A stretch of 64,000 bases of DNA, taken from positions 11,532,001 to 11,596,000 of the forward strand of contig OX597823.1 in the NCBI GenBank assembly GCA_951406725.2. Reading direction: 5' to 3'. The stretch is from Octopus vulgaris. Lineage: Eukaryota. Both the position numbers and the translations under genes were made by a program. Positions 53,868 to 64,000 of the stretch are shown here, one piece after another. Under the pieces are notes generated by a model that was not told the DNA's origin, made no database searches, and saw only the letters and a list, made by a program, of their open reading frames with translations. How positions within the stretch are numbered: the stretch's first letter is position 1; every line of letters starts with the position of its first letter.

Positions 53868-54145
53868 CCCTTTCGTTACTGTATTTATTTTGAGATACTC
53901 TGTGGTTCTTTCAATTACTTTAAATATAACAAAGAATTTAGTAAAATTACTTAGTTATCATTAAGCTAGTGTTAGGAACATAAATTGTGACTAAGGTTTG
54001 GTGGAAGATTTTAATTCAAAACTTATGAAAACAATACATTTGTACTACAGAACCAGAGCCTGTTTCAGCCGGGTTGAGACAGCATATGAAATTGTACTAC
54101 AGAACCAGAGCCTGTTTCAGCCGGGTTGAGACAGCATATGAAATT
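53868..54145. mobile_element. piggyBac-type MITE copy with a broken right end and a tandem duplication of about 53 bp
   Basis: Matches 26941-27147, then ttgtactacagaaccagagcc...catatgaaat occurs twice. Confidence 0.85.
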
Positions 54146-55827
54146 TGGACTTGTTAATTTATTGGTTTTGGTTTTAAGTTTATTCTAAAATGAATGAAGA
54201 TGCTGAGAGTAGTATAGTAAGTTTTGAATGAATTTAAAGAAAGTCCACTGACTGATTGTGAACGAAAAATGTTAAACCTTTCATTAAATGATCAGTGGAG
54301 TGACTTCCCTTGTATTGGCGATTAATTTTAATATCATTAGATGAATGTATTGTTCTTTACTGTATATTTTGAGTAATTTAACATATGTTGATCAGAGGTA
54401 TCCTAGTAATAGTTACTTCATCCCCTTGGAACAAAGCTACCATTAAAAGCAAGAGGAAAAAGGGGTAAAAATATTAACTGAAAAAATAATTTGATGAGAA
54501 TGAATTTCTTTTGTAAACAACATCTTTCTCAGACAACACTGGTAATTAATTTTGCTGAAACATATAAACACTGTTGTCACAATTCTGAATATTTCATGAT
54601 TTTCAGAAACTGTTAGTTAAATAAGAAGCCAGAGAATAGTTTATGTAAGTAATGGTTCCTGAGTAAGTGAAGCTTGCAATCACTAGATGATCTGAGAATT
54701 TCTTTTATCAAATGATTATTCCACATCATTTTATGATCTTTTTTCCTAAGCTTTGATCTTACTTTTATATCCCCAGTAAAAGTGTAGTAAATATTTTCAA
54801 GAAGTATAATTACTCTCTGTAAATGAAAGAAAAAGAAAAAAGCCACCCAGAATTTACAATTCCATGAAAGTACAAACTATTTTGCACCCAGACTATCACA
54901 TCCAATACATGTGTGCCTTTTAAAACACTTTTTTTATATGTGCAAATTTTTGCTGTACATTACATTACTGTTCTAAAGATTTGAGAGTAGAAACTGTTGT
55001 AAAATTTGTAATCCTATATAATATAATAATTTATAATATCAACCATATGAATGTAACTGACATACCATGAATGTTCACTGTTCAGTTGCAAAGATTTAGT
55101 TGAAAAAAACAAAGTGCTTACTCAATGTAAATATTTCTGTCTCATGCTTACACACACAAGCATGTATCTGACTCATACATTGTTCGCTTTCCAGACATTT
55201 TTACATTACTGCATGTACTTTATATGCACTTTCTGACAAGTTGTGGTGCACCTGAGCACTGTATACAATAATTTCATTACATTATATATTATACAAACAT
55301 GTAGATATGTATGTGCAAGGGTGTGTGTGTAAAAAAAAAAAACGAAAAGAAAAGAAAATGGTAGTTGTCTCCGTGGTAAAAATATTCAGTGAAGTTCAAG
55401 AATTTGTTTCAAGTTTTATGTGTGCAAAGGTAGAATCAAATGTGTGAAGATGGACATTTTTCACTGTTGGGAAAATTTGTTTCTCTCTCATGATGTTTTG
55501 GCAGAACATCAGATCACTCCTCCATGTGGCATGTGAAATTCACCAAAATCATTACACACACAAAATGAGCATTATAAATAAAGGGCAATTTCTCAGTGTG
55601 CATATTGTCCATCATTTCTCAATTATAACATAGCTTAATTAATAAGTAACATCTGATTTTTTATTTCTAAGTAGTAATATTTTTATCTCATAGGATCAGG
55701 CAAGGGCAAATAATTCTATTGTTTGTTTTTATTATTATTTGTAGTTGAGGGTGAATGGCAGTAGGTAATCTACAAGAACCTCTTTTGTATGTCAGCATAG
55801 AAACATATTAGTTGATATATCTATTTA

Positions 55828-56138
55828 TGTAGAGGTGCAATGGCCCAGTGGTTAGGGCAGCGGACTCGCGGTCGTAGGATCGTGGTTTCGATTCCCAGAC
55901 CGGGCGTTGTGAGTGTTTATTGAGCGAAAACACCTAAAGCTCCATGAGGCTCCGGCAGGGGATGGTGGTGATCCCTGCCGTAATCTTTCGCCGCAACTTT
56001 CTCTCACTCTTTCTTCTGTTGGCCTGCTCGCTTAGCCAGTGGGGTGGCGTCATTTGAAGGCTAAAACAATGCAAAGCGCATTGTGACCAGCGGTGTGTAG
56101 CAACATCTGATAGCCTGGTCGGTCACGCGATCACGTGA
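55828..56138 (+). mobile_element. SINE with a family D head and a different 3' half
   Basis: Shares its first ~190 nt with the family D copies, then diverges. Confidence 0.85.
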
Positions 56139-56677
56139 TATATATTTATATTATTTATGTAAACGTGTGAGTATATTAAACATACATATATGTACGACTG
56201 GGTATGGATATTTTCATGAATGTTGTATGTGTGAATACATCTAGTAATGAATGTATTTTCTGTGTATTTTGCAAAAGCTTTTTTAAACATGCATGTATGT
56301 GTGTGTGTGTGTGTGTGTGTGTATCTGCATGCATATTCATTCATAGATCACACACACACACACATATATTGTGCTTTATGTAAGTGTGTAATCTATGAAT
56401 GAATTTCAAAAATAAGCTAATATAAAACATTATCAGTATGAAATTAACCTACCCTGATTACAAAGTTATTGATTAGTTGACCATATTCCTTGAAGAATAT
56501 TAACTTTAAACACACAAACATAAATATATAAGCCAGAAGCAAATTTCCTCTTTAGTTTAATGCATGTGTACAAATTTCAAGCAACAATATCTTTTGATTT
56601 CACATTTATTTTCCTCTACTCTGATTTGTATGTTTATATCTGACGAGGAGTTTATATATATATATATATATATATAA

Positions 56678-56895
56678 TGCCAGCTCTGTCTGGCACCTGT
56701 GCGGGTGGCACGTAAAAAGCACTCACTACACTCACAGAGTGGTTGGCGTTAGGAAGGGCATCCAGCTGTAGAAGCACTGCCAGACCTGACTGGGCTTGAT
56801 GAAGCCTTCCAGCTTCGCAGACCCCAGTTGAACCGTCCAACCCATGCTAGCATGGAGAACGGACGCTAAATGATGATGATGATGATGATGATGAT
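56678..56895 (+). mobile_element. SINE-like family A
   Basis: Family core and (GAT)n tail. Confidence 0.88.
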
Positions 56896-57804
56896 GCATA
56901 TCCTGAAGATTTTTTTTTTCTAATTAAATGGTAAAATAATATAAATTTTTCTCTATATTATCAATATATTATTTATGTTTCTGACATGCAGTAGTTTTTA
57001 TGTCACCTTCTGAGAACTATTATAATTTTACACTCTGCTGCACACCCATGGTACAACGGTTAGCTATTTTGTCCATGAAAGTATATGTTTCAAAGTAGTT
57101 TATTATTTGAGATATTTTGTGTACTTTCCTGACAACCTGTTATCTCACAAGCACATTGTTATTTCTTTTGATCGTAGTTGTCGAAACTTAAACGTAAACG
57201 AATATTTAGCAGTATTTGTTTAACAAATGAATTTGTTTTGATTCTTAAATCATTTTTGTACATACAAGGGAAATAACTACTTAGCGATCTCGAGTACACG
57301 TTGTTTCATAATTGACGAAAGTTACCTCCCTTGCAACGCAAACGTAATTGCCATATTTTTATATGTGGACGAGAGAGAAGGAGAAAGAGGACGTGGGTGT
57401 GCTTCATTAGGCATTTGTCATTCTTGATAAAGTTTTTCTCTTCTCTTCAAATTTATTTGATTGACATTAAAAGAAAGTATACATGAATTTCCCTAACTTG
57501 ATCATGAGAGGATGACAGGTTTTGCAATTTTAATGTTAGTTAAAAGAAAATGTTTTCTTTTAAAAATTTAAATTGTATTAGCATTCATTGCATATATATC
57601 CCACTCTTGTTTTTTATTTCATAAAAATGGTTTTGTTTGTTCTTTCCTAAGTGTGTGTGTGTGTACATAGAGACATATAGTGAAGTTCTGGGAGTCATAC
57701 AATAAGAAAAATTAAAGTAATGGTGGCAGTAACTCATTAAAAAATAGTTATTATGCTCCATTGTTACATGTGAGAAGTTCTCTCCAGATAACTATCACAG
57801 TACT

Positions 57805-58112
57805 CATCATCATCATCATCATCATCGTTTAGCGTCCGTTTTCCATGCTAGCATGGGTTGGACGGTTCTACTGGGGTCTGTGAAGCCAGAAGGCTTCATC
57901 AGGCCCAGTCAAATCTGGCAGTGTTTCTACGGCTGGATGCCCTTCCTAACGCCAACCACTCCGAGAGTGTAGTGGGTGCTTTTTACGTGCCACCCGCACA
58001 GGTGCCAGACAGAGCTGGCAAACGGCCACGAACGGATTGGTGCTTTTTATGTGCCACCGGCACGAGGGCCAGACGAGGCTGGCAACGGACACGAAACGGG
58101 GCGGTGCTGGCA
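57805..58112 (-). mobile_element. SINE-like family A
   Basis: (CAT)n start and family core. Confidence 0.88.
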
Positions 58113-59008
58113 GTTCTAACACAACATAGACTTTCATGTGGGGTTATAGATATTACTTTTTGGTATTAATGCTGATTTTGTCTCTATTATTAATTTTTAA
58201 TTATCCCACTATCTATTTGCGACACCAGTGCCTGATTAAGCACTGAGATTTTATGTATATCAGTAGTGAAGAGATCACTGCTAGTGCTAGCCTTTGGTCA
58301 TCTACCATTGTCAAGGACAAGGAAGGCCAAAATCACATGATCTGGTTCTCCCAGCAGCTGTAATGGCAGTTGATTTTATTTCCCCACTAGTGATATTAAC
58401 AAGTTCTCACATGGTAACTATCACAGTATTACAACATCCAGTTTTAAATGAGCATAAATATTACCTTTTCATATCTCCTTGTTTATTTATACACTGGTGT
58501 AAGAATTCTTCAACAAAATTTTACAGAAAATTATAGGTTAGTTTTTGTCAGGTGGGATGTGTCTTTTGTAGATGTTTCTTGAAATTCTATAGCTGAGACT
58601 TGCTCACGATGATTGAGATTTTAAGGAACAAATTCCTCATTTTTATGGTTTGAAAGAGGATTGAGTCATTTATTTTGCTTGAAGTTGAAATAAGTCCAGC
58701 TCTTCTGCTTATTAAAATCTTATTGTTTATTTAGTTGCAGTGGATTTTGATATTTTCAACATAAATCTTGCTTCATCTAGTTGCGTGCCATGTTAAAAGC
58801 ACCAGTATACTCTGTGGAGTGGTTATTTGTATAATATGTGTGTGCATTACATGGGTGTATAACTATGTATACATACATATAATATGTACGAGTGTATGTA
58901 TATATAATATACGCATGTATGTATGTAAACATGTATGTCTGATTAGTTAAGAAGCTTGCTTCAAAACCATGTGGTTACAGTTTCATTCTCTCTGTATATA
59001 TATGTGTG

Positions 59009-59051
<43 letters not shown>

Positions 59052-59287
59052 ATGATGATGTATTATTTAGGAAATTAAGTTATGGCCAGCTACAGAGTGA
59101 CTATCGAAGGCATGATGCACCTTCAGTTATTTGCTTCTGGTGAGTTGCCTATACTGCTAAGTGCTTTATAGGTGTGAAGCCAATGGTCGCTCAGTGACAG
59201 GTCATAACAGCTAACTTCTTGAAAGCATATATTACTGCACTAATGCTTTAGAGTGAGCTTTTCTTCTGGATATATGAACTATTGATG

Positions 59288-59329
<42 letters not shown>

Positions 59330-60166
59330 TGTTCTCATAATTGTTTCACTAATCCAATAACAACAATACAAAGTATGTAACCATTAAAATGGTTTTTGTG
59401 CATTTACAGAGAATACCAAGCTATCTTTCGCAGGATCTTGTTTTTTGGAATTCCCAATAAGTTATGAATACCCAAATTGTGAAGTTCGTTATGTAATAAC
59501 ATGAAATTAGTTACCCGATAGTAAGAATTCAAATATAATAGCCCTGAAAAATGCTTTAATGCGTTCCCAGAGTATATAGAACTTAGGAGGAAATGCTAAT
59601 AAGTTATGTGTACTAAAATAGTGAAGCATGTTACATAATAACAGGCCAATCAAAAATGAGATAACAATTCGAAGTAAATAACTCTGAAAGGGGCTTTTGT
59701 GTATTCCCAAAGAACATTACCCTCAGTGGTGCTAGTGTTGGTATATTCACGAATAAGTCACTAACCAAAATAAGTGGATCTATTGTTTATGAAAATACTA
59801 TTTACTTGTTAAAGGGCTGTATTGGATAAAGTGTGAAAATAACTCTAACAGTTCAAATATGAAGAAATAAGCATATTCAATTTGATTTATAACAAATAAT
59901 TTAGGAAAATGAATGGGTTATTTCCCTTGGCTTATATATAAGGTTCCCTTCCAGGGGCGAATGGGTTATTTCCCTAGGTTGTTAAAAGAAAATATATTAG
60001 ATATATATAAGGATCCCTTCCATGGGTCCTATTATCGATTTTTTTTTGTCAACAATCTAAGTGTACCATTAGGTTTCCAGACATGAGTTCTAACTCGCGT
60101 GTCAAGTTTCATTAAAATCGAAAATGATTTAGGAGGAGTTATACATATATATGTGTATATATACAT

Positions 60167-60201
<35 letters not shown>

Positions 60202-60707
60202 CATACATATATACACAACGGCTTAACAGCCTTCACCGTTTCTTTTTTCTGTTTTGTTTTCACTGTCCTGTTTTTGTTATCACTTTCACCCTCCACAAAA
60301 AATCCCAAATTTTATCTAATTTGCTTGGCAGGAAGTACTGTTTTAACGAAGTTGCATATTGCCCTTACCTTCGAAACGCGGAGTAAGATAAAACAGGGGA
60401 CAACTTTATGTTGCATGTCTTGTTTCTTTGTTTTTTTTTTTCATTGTTCGAAAAAAAAAGTTTGGTTTTCTGTTTTTGTTTTTGTTTTTTATGTTTGCAT
60501 TTCTCATTGTGCCTACATTTTTTGATGTCCTGTATCCCATATATGCATGTATATATACATATATAGGTATGTACATACATGTATGTATATATGCATATAT
60601 TTATATATTATTTATATTATTACATATTATTATATATATGTATATACACACACACACATATATATTTACACATATATATACTTGGAAATAGATGCGTGGT
60701 ATTTAAT

Positions 60708-60771
<64 letters not shown>

Positions 60772-61331
60772 AAGATGTATTTCCTTATTATCATCTTCAT
60801 TTCAGTGTCCCCTTTTCCTAGCTAGCTTGTGTCAGACAGAATTAAATAAAGCAGATTTTCTACATTTAGATGGTGTCCATGTTTCCTACCTTCACGTGTG
60901 TCTACATGAGTAATAATGCATTTTTGGCTTGATGCCTCTGTAGAAGCAATATTATTGTTTGTATGATTGTGACACAACCATTCTGTATTGTCAGGACATA
61001 GCTACTCACATACACACACACACACTCACACCACACACTCTCATACAAGTCAGACACTGAGCTTCTTTCAGTTTCTGCCTTCCAGATTTGCTCACTTGAC
61101 TTTGGTGGGAACAAGTTTATAGTAGAAGATACTATCCTAAGGTGCTTTGCTCTGGGACCGAACTTGAAGCCGTCTAGTTAAGACACAAACTACTTTTTGT
61201 CAGTGCCATGTATGTGCTTATTGGCATATAAAAATATACATGTACATATATATGCATAATGTGTTGTTTATATATTCATTAATATTACATGTGTATATAA
61301 ATTTGTATTTTGAGTATATTTGCGTGAGTTA

Positions 61332-61367
<36 letters not shown>

Positions 61368-62149
61368 CATATATACACACACACATTTGCATGTGCTATT
61401 TTAAAACTTAATTTTATGTGTACATGTGCATGTGTGTGTTTCGGGTTGACCAAAACATTATGCATGAATTTTGTGGATGGAAACTGAAAGAAGCCCATTA
61501 TAATGTGTTTGTTATTGTTTCCTAGCTTTGACGTCAGGTGGTAGTGACCATCATACAAGTGGTGTGACCATCATACAAGCTATGTTTTTCATTTCCAGTC
61601 TATTTTGAAAACATGTCTGGTTATGGGGAAATATTAATATACTTTGAAATAGGTAAGGGTTGATGTCAGGAATGGTATCCAGCCATAGAAAACATGTCTC
61701 AACAAATTCTGTTTAACCCATGCAAGCATGGAAAAGCAAACATTAAAGCGATGATGTTGTTTGTCTGTGTGTGTATAGATATGTTTGTAAGTATACACAA
61801 GCTTGTGTGTATATGCATACATTAGTATGAACTTTCATTTGTTCAGCTAAACCGTTTAAGGCTGTGCCCCAGCATGGCTGCAGTCCAATGACTGAAAGAA
61901 GTGAGAAATAACAGGTGTGTGTGTGCATGCACATACACACACACATACCACTTCTCAGCTATGCTGAAAGTCGTATTCAGGTGTGTATATCCGGTTTAAA
62001 ACAGTTGGCAGCATTTTCAATCTAAAATGCCGCAGAACCAATTTTGGAGAGAGTCTCTATTTACAGCCAACTGTACTTTGATAGCACTCTCTATACAGGA
62101 CATCCAAGTATTAGTTGAGTGATTTGCTTGCTAATGAAGAATGTTGCAA

Positions 62150-62620
62150 ACAAGTCAGTGTGTTTTCTATGGGATCCAAGATGCACCCTAGTTATGCTAA
62201 CCTCTTTGTAGCATACAGTGATTGAGCAAACCCTTGCCCAGTTCATGAGACCCATCCCAGCTGTTATATTGATAACTGCAGTTGGGCTGTTGTCCTCACC
62301 AGATAACATCCCTTTCATTAACTTCTTCACCCCCAACTTGAAACTTACTTCTACCATTTCTGATACCTCCGTTAGTTTTCGTGACATCTCATTCACTGGC
62401 AGCTATAACTACCTGCCTCCTCCGTTCACTACAAACTTAATGCTTCCAACGCTTTTATACTCTTCTTCTCATCCCATGTGCAGTTAACTTCCTGTCCCAT
62501 TCTTTCGAATCTTCCAGCTTTGTTGCCTTTGCAGCCTTGATTCAGATTTTGAATCCCAATGTGTGAGTATAGGACGTTTCCTCCTGAATCAAGTGTACCC
62601 TTGATCAGTTATGAACCCTG
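62150..62620 (+). mobile_element. Penelope-like retroelement RT remnant
   Basis: Frameshifted motifs in the right order: SMGSKMHPSYANLFVAY (GxxMG..MGP.YANLF), CYIDNC (YIDD), PNLKLTSTISDTSVSFRDIS, LLYSSSHP, LCSLDSDF. Confidence 0.82.
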
Positions 62621-63185
62621 AACTCTGCTAAACCCAGGACAATGAATGCACAATCACTCAGATGGATCATTACATATTCAGTCAGAGAACCATAGCACCA
62701 ATAGGTTTTTCCTTTCATTCCTTCATTTCCTTGTAGTTCAATAAACCCATTCTTACTCTTCAGTACCTCTCACAGTTCAAATTTTCCTTCCACCTCACCT
62801 CCACTCACTTCATTGGCACATTACATATCTCCTTTCTTCTCCTCCCTCTCTCATCTAGTTTCTCTCTCCTATTACGTCATGTTTATGTATGTTTTGTGTT
62901 CCCCATCAGTTGCAGCCAGTTTCTTATATACAGACAATGTAAAACTGCTGCCTTTCCTTTTTTTTCTCCACCTCCTGTCATTTCATCCCCAAAGAAGGAC
63001 TGTGATTGAAACAATGGATACTCCACTTCCTTGGTCTATATCAATGTACTCTTTCTATTTATTTTTTTGCCAAATTATATGTCAGTGTGTCTACTTACAG
63101 ACACACATACTCACACCTGTAATTAAGCACATACATATAAAACTTATACACACACATATGTATGCGTGTTACATTTATCTGTATA

Positions 63186-63360
63186 GGCAGAGGAGTGGGT
63201 GTGTGGTAAGAAGCTTGCTTCCCAACCACATGGTTTCAGGTTCAGTCCCACTGCATGGCACCTTGGGCAAGTGTCTTCTGCTATAGCCTCGGGCTGACCA
63301 AAGCCTTGTGAGTGGATTTAGTAGACAGAAACAGAAAGAAGCCCATTGTGTGTGTGTGGG

Positions 63361-63391
<31 letters not shown>

Positions 63392-63720
63392 ATGTATGTA
63401 TTTATGTGTCTGTGTTTGTCCCCCTCCCTGTCACTTGACAACTGGTGTTGGTGTGTTTACGTCCTTGGGCTGACCGCAGCCTTCTGAGTGGATTTGGTAG
63501 ATGGAAACTGAAAGAAGCTTGTGTGTGTGTGTATGTATATATATATATAGTGTGTGTGTCTTGACAACTGCTCTTGGTGTGTTTATGTCTCCTTAACTTA
63601 GCGGTTCGGCAAGGCTTGATAAAAACAATTAAGTACTGGGGTCAATTCATTCACCTAAAATTTCTTTAAGGCAGTGCTCCAGCATGGCCACAGTCTAATG
63701 ACTGAAACAGTAAAGGATGA
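63186..63720 (+). mobile_element. SINE family C variant with an internal duplication
   Basis: Family head and tail; the middle segment is repeated at about 63465-63600. Confidence 0.8.
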
Positions 63721-64000
63721 AAGGAGAAAAAATACACGCACATAAATACATATGTGTATATATATATATGTGTGTGTGTATATATATATGTATATATATA
63801 TATATACAACCCATGCTAGCATGGAAAGCGGACGCTAAACGATGATGATGATATATATACTTCCATATATACATCAATACGTATGTGCATACACACACAT
63901 ACATTCATATGAAGTATAAATATACCAATGATACAAATGTTTGTATATGAATATATATCAGTGCATACAAGTGTGTTCATGTATATATATGTATTTATGT

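Noticed and set aside
55828-55905. tRNA-like sequence
   Set aside because: It is the head of a SINE, continues into the SINE body, and forms no complete cloverleaf.
46350-64000. Expected first FN3 exon of LAR
   Set aside because: No in-frame LPK.P...W-type exon was found by eye; it probably lies beyond the window.

Overview
AT-rich animal DNA, dense in microsatellites and SINEs. The repeat families look like an octopus (coleoid cephalopod) genome; this is inferred by recognition, not by a search. The whole window appears to lie inside one large + strand gene for a type IIa receptor protein tyrosine phosphatase (LAR/PTPRD/PTPRS family). Three coding exons are firmly supported: 30794-30970, 37616-37726 and 46080-46349. 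All are phase 1-1 and splice into Ig2 and Ig3. The Ig1 and first FN3 exons were not found and probably lie outside the window. The two internal introns fall where vertebrate LAR-RPTPs insert the ligand-switching mini-exons meA and meB. The most interesting signal is a set of frame-compatible candidate microexons in repeat-free intronic islands. These are a 30-nt exon (1181-1210), a 20+10-nt pair with UGC motifs that keeps frame only together (20778-20797 and 21070-21079), a 6-nt meA-like candidate, and an exon at the meB position (37933-) that could be an EL-starting mini-exon or a terminal exon giving a secreted Ig1-Ig2 LAR. All of these are unverified predictions. The rest is mobile DNA: four SINE-like families, five non-autonomous Helitrons, piggyBac-type MITEs, RTE-like LINE and Penelope remnants, fold-back hairpins and local duplications. 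Nearly all ORFs in the supplied track are microsatellite or SINE artefacts.
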